Shown here: one piece after another, positions 1 to 9,627 of the stretch
How the letters are laid out: each line of letters starts with the position of its first letter
Position numbering within the stretch: the first letter of the stretch is position 1
Assembly: GCF_000186885.1 (NCBI RefSeq)
Contig: NC_014972.1
Location: 720,001-752,000, forward strand
DNA length: 32,000 nt
Reading direction: 5' to 3'
DNA from: Desulfobulbus propionicus DSM 2032
GTDB taxonomy: Bacteria > Desulfobacterota > Desulfobulbia > Desulfobulbales > Desulfobulbaceae
Translations under genes and position numbers: made by a program
The notes under the pieces: generated by a model
Database searches by the model: none
Told to the model about the DNA's origin: nothing
The model's input: the letters and a program-made list of their open reading frames with translations, nothing else

Positions 1-2
1 TG

Positions 3-215
3 AAGGTCGATGCGAACAACGGCGCGGCCCTGTTCAATCTGGCGGTGGTATGCGAGCGGGAGGGGAAAATGGCCGAGGCCGAGTCCCTCTACCGCAAGGT
101 GCTGGCCCTGCCGCCTCCTCCCGGAGAACAGGCCCAATCCGCGGGGGAAGACCCGTTGAAGGCGGCGGCCAAGACGGCGCTCAAACGTCTACAATCTGGG
201 GGCAAGGGAATCTGA
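3..215 (+). CDS. C-terminal fragment of a TPR-like protein (truncated by window edge)
   Basis: Open frame from nt 3 to TGA at 213-215: ...ANNGAALFNLAVVCEREGKMAEAESLYRKVLALP..., which has a TPR-like A-x-x-x-L-x-x-x-Y pattern. Confidence 0.6.
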   Translation, partial: KVDANNGAALFNLAVVCEREGKMAEAESLYRKVLALPPPPGEQAQSAGEDPLKAAAKTALKRLQSGGKGI

Positions 216-265
216 GGTTCAAGAGGGGAGCGTGACGATGCGCACACACGATTCGGGCAGGAGAG

Positions 266-1966
266 GTGCCGACCATGCGTCTCCTCGGTGAAATCCTTCA
301 GGAAACCTTCGGGGTGACGGCGGAAAGCATCGAGGCGGCCTTGGCGGTGCAGCGGGAAAAGGGGGGCCGCATCGGTGAGCTCCTCATCGGCCTGCGCAAG
401 ATCACCGAGGACGACCTGCTCAGCGCCCGCAGCCTGCAATGCGGCCTGGAGGTGGTCTACACCCTGCCCGCTGACCCCGACCCCTTTTTCGTTCAACGGG
501 TACCCATCGGTTTTTTGAAAAAATTCAAGATGATCCCGGTAGCCACCCCTGAGGCATCGTACATCGCCCTGGCCGAACCGTTTTATTTCCAACAGGTCGA
601 CGACCTGCAGCGGCTGCTGCAATGGGAGGGCATGCGGACCGTGCTGGCGCCGATGAACGAAATCTTCGTCGCCATCAACGCCGCCTACGACACCGCCCGT
701 CAAGACGTGGCTGACCGGGTGATGCAGGACATGGACGAGAGCGACCCGGAGTCCATTCTTTCCGAGATCGAGGAAACCGCCGACCTGCTCGACGACACCA
801 GCGACGCCCCGGTGATCAAGCTGGTCAACCTGGTCCTTTCCCAGGCGGTGCGCGATAACGCCAGCGATATCCATATCGAATCGTACAAGGACCGGGTCAA
901 GATCCGCAAACGGGTCGACGGTATCCTCTATGACATGTACTCGCCGCCTCGTCATGTGCAGAGCAAGCTGATTTCCCGCATCAAGATCATGGCCAAGATG
1001 GATATCGCCGAAAAACGGCTGCCGCAGGACGGGCGGATCGAGATCCGCATCGCCGACCGGAATATCGATATCCGGGTTTCAACCTTGCCGACTTCTTTTG
1101 GTGAACGGGTGGTGATGCGACTGCTCGACAAATCGAGCTCGCTGGTGCCGCTGGAGGAGCTGGGTCTGTCAAAAGAGGATCTCAACCATTTTCTGCGGCT
1201 GATCAAGGCCCCGCACGGCATCATCCTGGTGACCGGCCCCACCGGCAGCGGCAAGACCACCACCCTCTACTCCGCCCTGGGCATCCTCAACAGCCCGGAC
1301 ATCAACATCATCACCGTCGAGGATCCGATCGAGTACCAGATGAACGGCATCAGCCAGATGCAGGTCAACACCAAGATCGGACTGACCTTTGCCAGCGGCT
1401 TGCGCACCATTGTCCGCCAGGACCCGGATGTGATCCTGGTGGGCGAGATCCGCGATATCGAGACCGCCGAGATCGCCATTCAATCAGCCCTCACCGGCCA
1501 CTTGGTGTTTTCCACCCTGCACACCAACGACGCGGCCAGCGCCATCACCCGGCTGATCGACATGGGGGTGGAGCCGTTCCTGGTCTCCTCGGCGGTCAAT
1601 GCCATCATGGCTCAGCGGCTGGTGCGTAAGATCTGCCCCTACTGCCGGGAAGAATATGTCCCGTCCAACGCCTACTTGGAGCGGGTCGGGCTGTCGCCGA
1701 TCAAGTTCGCGGGGAAAAAGCTCTATCGGGGAGCCGGTTGCGCCCAATGCCTGCAAACCGGCTACAAGGGAAGGATCGGAATTTTTGAGCTGATGAGCCT
1801 GACCCCGGCGATGAAAAGCCTGATCCTCACCACCTCGGACGCAGGGCAGATCAAAAAGCAGGCGCTCAGCTCCTTGGCGACCGGCATGATGACCCTGCGG
1901 CAGGATGGCCTGCGCAAGGTGCTGGCCGGGCTGACCACCTTGGAGGAGGTCTTCCGCGTCACCTGA
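266..1966 (+). CDS. gspE: GspE/PilB-family type II secretion / type IV pilus assembly ATPase
   Basis: 566 aa; Walker A GPTGSGKTTT, Asp box (ITVEDPIEY), Walker B (DPDVILVGEIRD), His box (TGHLVFSTLHTNDA), C-terminal zinc motif CPYC...CAQC; N-terminal MshEN-like domain. Confidence 0.95.
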   Translation: MPTMRLLGEILQETFGVTAESIEAALAVQREKGGRIGELLIGLRKITEDDLLSARSLQCGLEVVYTLPADPDPFFVQRVPIGFLKKFKMIPVATPEASYIALAEPFYFQQVDDLQRLLQWEGMRTVLAPMNEIFVAINAAYDTARQDVADRVMQDMDESDPESILSEIEETADLLDDTSDAPVIKLVNLVLSQAVRDNASDIHIESYKDRVKIRKRVDGILYDMYSPPRHVQSKLISRIKIMAKMDIAEKRLPQDGRIEIRIADRNIDIRVSTLPTSFGERVVMRLLDKSSSLVPLEELGLSKEDLNHFLRLIKAPHGIILVTGPTGSGKTTTLYSALGILNSPDINIITVEDPIEYQMNGISQMQVNTKIGLTFASGLRTIVRQDPDVILVGEIRDIETAEIAIQSALTGHLVFSTLHTNDAASAITRLIDMGVEPFLVSSAVNAIMAQRLVRKICPYCREEYVPSNAYLERVGLSPIKFAGKKLYRGAGCAQCLQTGYKGRIGIFELMSLTPAMKSLILTTSDAGQIKKQALSSLATGMMTLRQDGLRKVLAGLTTLEEVFRVT

Positions 1967-3182
1967 TCAGCTGGTTCATTTCGAAGATGGGCAGGAGGAT
2001 CGACACCACGATAAAGCTGACCGCCACGCCCATGGAGAGGATCATCACCGGCTCGATCATCGAGGTCAGGGCCAGAATCTTGGCCTCCACCTCCTTCTCG
2101 TAGCTGTCCGCCGCCTTGGCCAGCATGGTGTCCAGGGTGCCGCTCTGTTCCCCCACGGCCATCATCTGCACCAGCATGGGCGGAAACCATTTACCCCCCT
2201 TGAAAAACTGGGACAGGCTCGCCCCTTTCTCCAGTTCGTCGCAGGCTTCGTTGATCTGTTCGGCCAGGACGACGTTGTCGACGATGTTTCTGACGATCTG
2301 CAGGGCCGTGATCAAAGGAACGCCGGACAGGAGCAGGCTGGCGAGGGTGCGGCTGAAACGGGCCGAGGCGGTTTTGATGCTCAGGTCGCGCACGCCCGGC
2401 AGGGTCAGCTTGAGGGTGTCCCAGCGCCGCCTGCCATCGGGGGTGGCGATGTACCAGCGCACAGCGGCGATGATGCCGCCGACCGCGAACAGCAGCGCCC
2501 ACCAGAACTGCTTGAGCACCGTGCTCAGGCCGATGAGCACAAGGGTCGGCAGGGGCAGGGCTTGCTGGGTGCCTTCAAAAACCGAGGTGATGCTCGGCAC
2601 GATGAAGGTGATGAGCAGAAACAGCACCACCACGCCGACCACGGCCATGAAGATCGGGTAGAGCAGGGCGGCCTTGACCCGGCTGCGGATGGCATGCTGG
2701 TTCTCGCCGAATTCCGCCAGCCGGTCAAGGACCACGTCGAGCGAGCCGGAGGCCTCGCCGGCACGGACCATGTTGATATAGATTTTGGAGAACAGGCGCG
2801 GGTGTTCCGCCAGGGCCGAGGTCAGGGCATTGCCCTCGTTCACCGCATCCTTGATTTGGGCGAGCACGGTTTTCAGCGAACGATTGGTGGTCTGCTCGAT
2901 CAGGCCGCTGAGCGCAGGCACCAGGGGAATGCCCGCCCCGAGCAGGGTGGCCAATTGCCGGGTGGCGATGTGGATTTCCTGCTGCCTGATGCTTTGCCCC
3001 AGCTGCCGCGAGAGCAGCGGGAGTCTGGAGCCCGCTGTTTTCGCGGTGGTTTCCCTGATCTCCACCGGATAGTTGCCCTGATTGCGAATCCGTTGCCGGG
3101 CAACGGTCAACGAATCCGCCTCGATGACGCCCTTGAGTTTTTTGCCGCTGGTCGTCAGGGCCGTGAATTCATAGACGGGCAT
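1959..3182 (-). CDS. gspF: GspF/PilC-family inner-membrane platform protein
   Basis: 407 aa; MPVYEFTALTTSGKKLKGVIEADS, RQLATLLGAGIPLVPALSG, three hydrophobic segments, C-terminal IEPVMILSMGVAVSFIVVSILLPIFEMNQLI. Confidence 0.93.
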   Translation of the reverse strand: MPVYEFTALTTSGKKLKGVIEADSLTVARQRIRNQGNYPVEIRETTAKTAGSRLPLLSRQLGQSIRQQEIHIATRQLATLLGAGIPLVPALSGLIEQTTNRSLKTVLAQIKDAVNEGNALTSALAEHPRLFSKIYINMVRAGEASGSLDVVLDRLAEFGENQHAIRSRVKAALLYPIFMAVVGVVVLFLLITFIVPSITSVFEGTQQALPLPTLVLIGLSTVLKQFWWALLFAVGGIIAAVRWYIATPDGRRRWDTLKLTLPGVRDLSIKTASARFSRTLASLLLSGVPLITALQIVRNIVDNVVLAEQINEACDELEKGASLSQFFKGGKWFPPMLVQMMAVGEQSGTLDTMLAKAADSYEKEVEAKILALTSMIEPVMILSMGVAVSFIVVSILLPIFEMNQLIR

Positions 3183-3310
3183 GGCGGTCAGAAGGGGGAA
3201 AGGAGGCGGCGCACCGGAGTATCCATTGCGCCGACCGGGTGGTGTGTTTAATATAGGCGATCAAGTGGGCGCCCTCAGGAGGGACGCGAAACATCGTCAA
3301 GGGCCATGGC

Positions 3311-3820
3311 CTATTTCGTGCTGGATTCGGTTGTATTGTCCATGCAGTGCAGGATACAGGAAGCGCAGCTTTCCGGGGTGCGCCCTTCCCGGCAGTAGTT
3401 GGCAAAACCGCTGATCAGATCCTTGCCCCCGCGTGGACAGATGTCGAGAAACTTGATGAACTCGACCATCCGGTTGATGATTTGCGGCGGAGCGGTGTGT
3501 TCGATCTTGCAGGCGCCTTCCTCGGCCAGGGGTTCGTCGATGGCCAGGACATTGGTGAAAAATTGTTTGAGCGAATTGTGCCGGCGGATAACATCCTCGG
3601 CAATCACCCGTCCATCGTCGGTCAGCGTGATCACCTCGTAGGGTGCGTAGTTGATCAATCCTTTTTTGGACAGGGCCCGCAGGGCCTCGGTGACCGACGC
3701 GCCACTCACGGACAGCCGGGCGGAAATGTCTTTTCCCCTGGCGACCTGTTTTTCGCTGATGATATGATAAATGGCCTCGATATAGTCCTCAAGGCTGGCG
3801 CTGAGTTGTTGCGGTTCCAT
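3311..3820 (-). CDS. DtxR/MntR-family metal-dependent transcriptional repressor with Cys-rich tail
   Basis: SLEDYIEAIYHIISEK...ARGKDISARLSVSGASVTEALRALSKKGLINYAPY wHTH and the metal-site motif CKIEH. The ORF track starts at 3853, but a strong GGAGGA Shine-Dalgarno (CCGGAGGAACGGGACAATG) supports the Met at 3820. Confidence 0.87.
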   Translation of the reverse strand: MEPQQLSASLEDYIEAIYHIISEKQVARGKDISARLSVSGASVTEALRALSKKGLINYAPYEVITLTDDGRVIAEDVIRRHNSLKQFFTNVLAIDEPLAEEGACKIEHTAPPQIINRMVEFIKFLDICPRGGKDLISGFANYCREGRTPESCASCILHCMDNTTESSTK

Positions 3821-3851
3821 TGTCCCGTTCCTCCGGACTGTTGAATTTTGC

Positions 3852-3873
3852 ATGTATCTTCAATACGATACAT
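3852..3873. promoter_or_regulatory. Candidate operator: 7-bp perfect inverted repeat ATGTATC-N8-GATACAT
   Basis: ATGTATC (3852-3858) and its exact reverse complement GATACAT (3867-3873), in the intergenic region between divergent dtxR-family and recN genes. Confidence 0.5.
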
Positions 3874-3940
3874 TTTTACCCCTTAGGCGTCAAGGAGAAT
3901 GTCGTCTGTGTTCTCTCGCCCTTTTTGCCATGAAAGAACC

Positions 3941-5635
3941 ATGTTGCAGGAACTTCGAGTACATAATCTGGCCCTGATCGACGCGCTTCATTTGGATCTC
4001 TCGGCACAGAAAACCGGTTTGATCGTGCTCACCGGCGAGACCGGAGCCGGCAAGTCGATCATCCTCCAGGCGATCAATCTGCTGACCGGCGGCCGGGGAA
4101 CAGCCTCCTGGGTGCGCAGCGACTGTGACCAGGCGGGGATCGAGGCCATCTTTGCCATCCGGCCGGATCATGCCGAGCTCAATACCCTGCTCAGCGAGCA
4201 GGCGCTCAAGGAGGGGACCACCTGTATCGTTCGCCGTATCCTCACCCGCGAAGGACGATCCAAGGTCTATGTCAACGATCAGCCGGTCACCACCCGCCTG
4301 GCCGGCGAGCTGACCGCCGGATTAATCAACATCGCCAGCCAGCACGACCACCAGCAGCTGCTCAACAGCCGCAATCATCTCGACTACCTCGATGCCTACG
4401 GCGAACTGCGAGGGCTGCGGCAGCAGTTTTGGCGGCTGTTTCAACGCTGGCAACAGGCTTCGTCCGAATTGCGGCAGTTGCAGGAAAAGGAGCAGGACAA
4501 GGAACAGCAGCGCGATTTTCTCCGTTTTCAGCTTGAGGAGATCCGCAAGTGCAAGCCGCTGGCGGGAGAGGACGAGCAGCTGCGGCGGGAACGGGAGCAG
4601 TTGAAGGCCTCGGATGCCCTGTTGCGGCTGATCGGCGACAGCAGCCGGCTGCTGTCCGGGCGGGTCACCGATGCCCTGGTCGAAGGCCGCAAGAATTTGG
4701 AGCAGGCTGCAACCCTTGATCCCGCGCTGGCGCCGCTGGCCGAGCGGATGGGGTCCGCCGGTTTCGAACTGGAGGATCTGGCGGCGGCCCTGGAGAAATA
4801 CCTCGACCAAATCCCCGTGGAACCGGCGCGGCTGGAGCAGATCTCCGGTCGGCTGGCGGAACTCAAGCAACTGCAGCGCAAATACGGGCCCACCCTTGAG
4901 GAGGTGATCGCCTTTGCCGAGCGGGCCGAAACGCGGCTTGCCCTGCTGGAGAGCCTTGACGAGGAGATCGTCCAGGCGGAACTGCGGCTGGAGGAGATTT
5001 CCACCGAGGCCCTGCTCCGGGCCACCGAGTTGACCCAGGCCCGCCGGGAAGCGGCCAAGAAACTGGAGGCCGGCATGGAACGGGAGCTGGCCTCGCTCAG
5101 TTTTCCCCAGGCGGTCTTCCGGGTGGCCATCACCGCGCCGGGCGGGTTGGGTATGGACGGCATCCACAGCACCGGCAGGGACAACGTGGAATTCCTCTTT
5201 TCCGCCAACCCCGGCGAGCCGCCCAAGCCGCTGGCCAAGATCGTTTCCGGCGGCGAATTGTCGCGGTTGATGCTGGCGATGAAATGTCTGCTGGCCCGGC
5301 GCGACCAGGTGGACACGGTTATTTTCGACGAGGTCGATGCCGGCATCGGCGGCCAGGCCGCCGAGTCGGTGGCGGAAAAGATCGGCGAATTGGCGGGGCA
5401 CCATCAGGTGTTGTGCATCACCCACCTGCCGCAGATCGCCGCCTGGGCCGATCTCCATTTCAAGGTGGAAAAGCAGGTGGAGAATGGCCGCACCCGCACG
5501 GTGATCAACCTGCTCGCCAAGGAGGAACGCATCGGTGAATTGGCGCGGATGCTCGGCGGCGAACATCCCACCGCCCAGACCCTGGCCTTTGCCGGCGAAC
5601 TGATTGAGCGGCGGAGTGCGAGAAGATCGGCATGA
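3941..5635 (+). CDS. recN: DNA repair protein RecN
   Basis: MLQELRVHNLALIDALHLDL..., Walker A GETGAGKS, signature KIVSGGELSRLMLAMK, Walker B TVIFDEVDAGIGG. The track ORF begins at 3899, but the Met at 3941 matches the usual RecN N-terminus. Confidence 0.96.
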   Translation: MLQELRVHNLALIDALHLDLSAQKTGLIVLTGETGAGKSIILQAINLLTGGRGTASWVRSDCDQAGIEAIFAIRPDHAELNTLLSEQALKEGTTCIVRRILTREGRSKVYVNDQPVTTRLAGELTAGLINIASQHDHQQLLNSRNHLDYLDAYGELRGLRQQFWRLFQRWQQASSELRQLQEKEQDKEQQRDFLRFQLEEIRKCKPLAGEDEQLRREREQLKASDALLRLIGDSSRLLSGRVTDALVEGRKNLEQAATLDPALAPLAERMGSAGFELEDLAAALEKYLDQIPVEPARLEQISGRLAELKQLQRKYGPTLEEVIAFAERAETRLALLESLDEEIVQAELRLEEISTEALLRATELTQARREAAKKLEAGMERELASLSFPQAVFRVAITAPGGLGMDGIHSTGRDNVEFLFSANPGEPPKPLAKIVSGGELSRLMLAMKCLLARRDQVDTVIFDEVDAGIGGQAAESVAEKIGELAGHHQVLCITHLPQIAAWADLHFKVEKQVENGRTRTVINLLAKEERIGELARMLGGEHPTAQTLAFAGELIERRSARRSA

Positions 5636-6675
5636 GCAAGCGTCTGGCGTTGGGGCTGTTTTCCGGCGGGTTGGATTCGATCCTCGCCTGCCGGGTGGTG
5701 GCCGATCAGGGCATACGGGTGGTGGCCCTGAAATTCGTCACCCCCTTTTTTGATCACGACCTTCTTGGCCAGCAGGAGGCCTATGCCCGTGCCATGCGGG
5801 AACAATACGGTCTGGATGTCCAGGTGGTCGATATCAGCGAGGGCTATCTGCGGTTGCTGGAAAATCCGGCCCACGGGTTTGGCAAGCATTTCAACCCCTG
5901 CATTGACTGCAAGATTTTGATGCTGCGCCGCGCCCGCGAGCTGATGGGCGTTTACGGCGCCTCCTTTTTGATCACCGGTGAGGTTCTGGGGCAGCGGCCG
6001 ATGTCGCAGCGGCGCGATACCCTGCGGGTCATTGAGCGCGATTCCGGCTGCGGTGGCCTGTTGTTGCGCCCTTTGTCCGCCAAATTGATGGAGCCTACCC
6101 AGGCGGAACTGGAAGGATGGGTGGACAGGGAGCGGCTGTTCGATTTTTCCGGCCGGGGAAGACGCCAGCAGAAACAGCTGGCCGCCCAACTGGGGATCAC
6201 CGACTACCCGACGCCGGCGGGAGGCTGCATGCTTACCGACCCCAACCTGGCCGCGCGCATCAAGCATTTTTACCACGGACTCTTCTCCTTTGGCGAACAG
6301 CGGGCGGTGGACGATGTACGGTTGCTGGTCGTTGGCCGCCAGTTCAAACTCGACGAGAACCTATGGTTCATCGTTGGCCGCGATGAACGCGATAATAACC
6401 GCCTTGAAGCTCTGCGCAGCCCGGATGATTGGCTGGTGCGCATGACCACCCGGCCAGGGCCGGTGGGGATTTTGCGCCATGGCCGGCACCAAGTGACCGC
6501 TGGCGGCCAGGAGGAACTGATCCGCCGGCTGGCCGGCATCGTGGTCCGGTACGGCAAAAAAATCCCGGATGGACCCGCGGAGGCGGACGTGATGATTGAC
6601 ATGGGGGAAGAAATCGTTCGTGGCCGGTTTGGTCCTTGGGCGAATGATGCCGACCTCCAATCGTGGCGGATCTGA
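5632..6675 (+). CDS. PP-loop ATP pyrophosphatase, likely tRNA thiolation/ThiI-MnmA-related protein
   Basis: PP-loop motif LFSGGLDS, PCIDCK motif, LITGEVLGQRPMSQ; 4-bp ATGA overlap with recN. Confidence 0.75.
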   Translation: MSKRLALGLFSGGLDSILACRVVADQGIRVVALKFVTPFFDHDLLGQQEAYARAMREQYGLDVQVVDISEGYLRLLENPAHGFGKHFNPCIDCKILMLRRARELMGVYGASFLITGEVLGQRPMSQRRDTLRVIERDSGCGGLLLRPLSAKLMEPTQAELEGWVDRERLFDFSGRGRRQQKQLAAQLGITDYPTPAGGCMLTDPNLAARIKHFYHGLFSFGEQRAVDDVRLLVVGRQFKLDENLWFIVGRDERDNNRLEALRSPDDWLVRMTTRPGPVGILRHGRHQVTAGGQEELIRRLAGIVVRYGKKIPDGPAEADVMIDMGEEIVRGRFGPWANDADLQSWRI

Positions 6676-6678
6676 ACC

Positions 6679-8205
6679 ATGCGGACCACGGCAGGGCATG
6701 TGGACAAGGAGGCGGTGTTTGCTCTCCTACCCCATTGGCTACGGAGGCATCTGGCCGATCTTTCTCGGCAAATGGGCGGCGAGCTCTATCTGGCCGGCGG
6801 GGTGGTACGTGATCTGCTGCGTGGCAGCGTGCCCCAGGATATCGACCTCGCCGTGGACAGCGGCGCGCGCATTTGGGCCGGCAAGCTGGCCGTCCTGACC
6901 GGTGGAACCTATGTGGCGCTGGGGCGGGACGAGGATGCGGCACGGGTGGTCAGCCGGAAGCGAATCGTCGATTTTGCCTCGTTCCGTCAAGGGGCCCGGA
7001 CGATTGCCGAGGAGTTGGTCCGCCGCGATCTGACCGTCAACGCCATGGCCATCCGGCTCGATCCGTTGCTGCGCCTTCCGGAGGCCGATGGCCCCTCGGA
7101 GGTGCCGCTGCTGGATCCCACCGGCGGTCGCGATGACCTGGAGCAAGGCCTGATTCGTGTGGCCAGCAGGGAGAGTTTCACCAGCGATCCGCTGCGGCTG
7201 CTGCGGGTTTTTCGTTTCGCCGCCACCCTCGGTTTTGCCGTCGAAGCCGGCACCCTGGAGTTGATCCGCCGCCAGCGCGCCCTCTTGGCCCTGTCGGCGC
7301 CGGAGCGGGTGGCCCATGAGTTGGATCTGATCATGGCCACGGACAACAGCCATGCCGTTTTTGTCCAGATGGCCGACATCGGCCTGTTGTGGGAGATCCT
7401 TCCCGAGCTGAAGGCCGGAATCGGCATGGAGCAGCCCAGAAGCCATCACCTTGATGTCTGGCAGCATAATCTGGAAACGCTGCGGTGGATGGAGCAGATT
7501 CTGCAAGCCCCGGAACAGTGGCTCGCCGAAGGAGGCGAGCGGCTGATGACCTATCTCCGGTCGCCGCAGCAGTGCCGGCGGCTGCGGTGGGCGGCCTTGC
7601 TGCATGACCTGGGCAAGCCGGCAACCCATGCGGTGCGGGCGGACAAGGGGGATCGCATCACCTTTTACAATCATGATCGGGTGGGGGCGGAGCTTTTCCG
7701 GGAAGTGGCCCTTCGCTTGCGCTGGAGCGGCGAGGACCGGGAGCGGGTCGCCCATTTGATCGAGGGCCACATGCACCCCTTTCATTTGGCCAACGTGGCT
7801 CGTGACGGCAAGCTGACCCTGCGGGCCTCGATCCGGATGGTCCGCAAGGCCGGCACGGATCTGCCCGGTCTTTTTCTCCTCGCCCTGGCCGACAGCCTTG
7901 CCGGCCAGGGCGAGGAGCGGATCGAGGGCATGGAAGCGGAATTAGCCGGGCTGTATCGCCGGCTGGAACAGGTTCGAGTCGAGCATGTCGAGCCGGTGCA
8001 GACAGCGCCGCCGCTGCTCACGGGCCGGGATCTGATCGAAGGTCTGGGGCTGCGGCCCGGGCCGATGTTCAAACGGATCCTCGGTGCGGTGGAAGAGGCG
8101 CGGATGGAGGGTCGGTTGACCGATACGGACGAGGCCCTGCAGTTGGCCAGGGAAATGGCTGCCGGTCCATTGGCCCGGGCGGCACAGGACAGAGGGAAGA
8201 GCTGA
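6679..8205 (+). CDS. CCA tRNA nucleotidyltransferase / poly(A) polymerase family protein with HD domain
   Basis: YLAGGVVRDLLRGSVPQDIDLAV, RRDLTVNAMAI, DPLRLLRVFRFAATLGF, HD motif LRWAALLHDLGKPAT. Confidence 0.92.
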   Translation: MRTTAGHVDKEAVFALLPHWLRRHLADLSRQMGGELYLAGGVVRDLLRGSVPQDIDLAVDSGARIWAGKLAVLTGGTYVALGRDEDAARVVSRKRIVDFASFRQGARTIAEELVRRDLTVNAMAIRLDPLLRLPEADGPSEVPLLDPTGGRDDLEQGLIRVASRESFTSDPLRLLRVFRFAATLGFAVEAGTLELIRRQRALLALSAPERVAHELDLIMATDNSHAVFVQMADIGLLWEILPELKAGIGMEQPRSHHLDVWQHNLETLRWMEQILQAPEQWLAEGGERLMTYLRSPQQCRRLRWAALLHDLGKPATHAVRADKGDRITFYNHDRVGAELFREVALRLRWSGEDRERVAHLIEGHMHPFHLANVARDGKLTLRASIRMVRKAGTDLPGLFLLALADSLAGQGEERIEGMEAELAGLYRRLEQVRVEHVEPVQTAPPLLTGRDLIEGLGLRPGPMFKRILGAVEEARMEGRLTDTDEALQLAREMAAGPLARAAQDRGKS

Positions 8206-8807
8206 TGCGCAAAGAGCAGGACTATTATTTCAAAAAGGCGAAGAAAGACAACTATCCGGCCCGCTCGGTCTATAAGCTGGAAGAGGCGCAGCTGAAATAC
8301 AAATTCTTGAAAGGCGGCCAACGGGTGCTGGATCTCGGCTGCCATCCCGGAAGCTGGAGCCTGTACACGGCCGGCATCGTCGGCGAGAAGGGGACGGTGG
8401 TGGCCGCTGACCTCCAGCGGACCGAAATCCTGACGCAAAAACCCCATGCCGAAATCCATTGGCTCTGTTATGATGTGTTTTCTGAGGAATTCGTCGATTA
8501 TCTCAAACAGCACTGGCCGGGCTTCCATGTGGTGCTGAGCGACATGGCGCCGCGAACCACGGGCAGTCAGTATGCCGATCACCAGCAATCACTGCTGCTG
8601 GCACGGCGCGTTCTCGAGTTGTCCGTGCTTTTCCTGCATGAAAACGGCACCCTTTATTGCAAGGTCTTCCAAGGTGAAGATTTTCCTGCGTTTCTCCAGG
8701 AATGCAAACCGTTGTTTGCCACTGTCAAGGTGATGAAACCCAAAAGTTCACGCCTGGAAAGCCGGGAAGTGTTCGTGCTGGGTCGAGGATTTCGGCGGAC
8801 ACGATAA
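8205..8807 (+). CDS. rlmE: 23S rRNA (uridine-2'-O-)-methyltransferase RlmE (FtsJ/RrmJ)
   Basis: ARSVYKLEEAQLKYKFLKGGQRVLDLGCHPGSWSLY...VVLSDMAPRTTGSQYADHQQS...VKVMKPKSSRLESREVFVLGRGFR. Confidence 0.94.
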   Translation: MRKEQDYYFKKAKKDNYPARSVYKLEEAQLKYKFLKGGQRVLDLGCHPGSWSLYTAGIVGEKGTVVAADLQRTEILTQKPHAEIHWLCYDVFSEEFVDYLKQHWPGFHVVLSDMAPRTTGSQYADHQQSLLLARRVLELSVLFLHENGTLYCKVFQGEDFPAFLQECKPLFATVKVMKPKSSRLESREVFVLGRGFRRTR

Positions 8808-8829
8808 TTAGAGTAGAAAAACACGATGT

Positions 8830-8835
8830 TATAAT
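8830..8835 (+). promoter_or_regulatory. Candidate -10 element (TATAAT) upstream of the yebC-family gene
   Basis: Exact TATAAT in an AT-rich 48-bp gap; no convincing -35 at 17-bp spacing. Confidence 0.4.
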
Positions 8836-8855
8836 TTGATTAAAGGAGTCGGACC

Positions 8856-9605
8856 GTGTCAGGACATTCGAAATGGAGCACGATCAAACGCAAGAAAGGG
8901 GCCAATGACGCCAAGCGGGGCAAGATATTCACCAAACTGATCAAGGAAATCACCATTGCCGCCAAGATGGGCGGAGGCGATCCCGAGGGAAATCCGCGGC
9001 TGCGCAGCGCGATCACGGTCGCCAAAAGCGAAAACATGCCCAAGGAAAACATCGATCGGGCGATCAAGAAGGGAACTGGTGATCTTGGCGGCGCGGTCTA
9101 CGAGGAAATCCTCTACGAGGGATACGGTCCGGGCGGTGTCGCGGTTCTGGTGGAGACCATGACCGACAACAAGAACCGTACAGTTGCCGATATCCGGCAT
9201 TTTTTCGCCAAGAGCGGCGGCAACCTCGGCGAATCGGGCTGTGTGGCCTGGATGTTTGACAAGAAGGGCACCATCTCGGTTGACAAGGCTGGCGTCAACG
9301 AGGAGCAGTTGATGGACGTGGCCCTGGAGGCTGGAGCCGAGGACGTGGTCGAGGAGGAGGACAGCTTCCAGATCATTACCGCGCCCGAGTCCTTCAACGA
9401 TGTGGTCGACCAGTTGGAAAAGGGCAAGATCAAGTTTGCCGAGGCAACCCTGTCCATGGTTCCCAAGAACACCATCGAGGTGACCGAGGAGAAGGCGGCC
9501 CGTTCCTTGCTGCGGTTGCTGGACAATCTTGAGGACCACGACGACGTGCAAAAGGTGCATGCCAACTTCGATATCACCGACGAACTGATGGATCAGCTGT
9601 CCTGA
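8856..9605 (+). CDS. yebC: YebC/PmpR family protein (TACO1-like)
   Basis: [50 protein letters not shown]; GTG start with GGAG Shine-Dalgarno. Confidence 0.97.
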   Translation: MSGHSKWSTIKRKKGANDAKRGKIFTKLIKEITIAAKMGGGDPEGNPRLRSAITVAKSENMPKENIDRAIKKGTGDLGGAVYEEILYEGYGPGGVAVLVETMTDNKNRTVADIRHFFAKSGGNLGESGCVAWMFDKKGTISVDKAGVNEEQLMDVALEAGAEDVVEEEDSFQIITAPESFNDVVDQLEKGKIKFAEATLSMVPKNTIEVTEEKAARSLLRLLDNLEDHDDVQKVHANFDITDELMDQLS

Positions 9606-9627
9606 TCGTCTGCCCCCTGATGGTTGG

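Noticed and set aside
4322-5566. 414-aa minus-strand ORF
   Set aside because: Antisense to recN, whose motifs are clear; shadow ORF.
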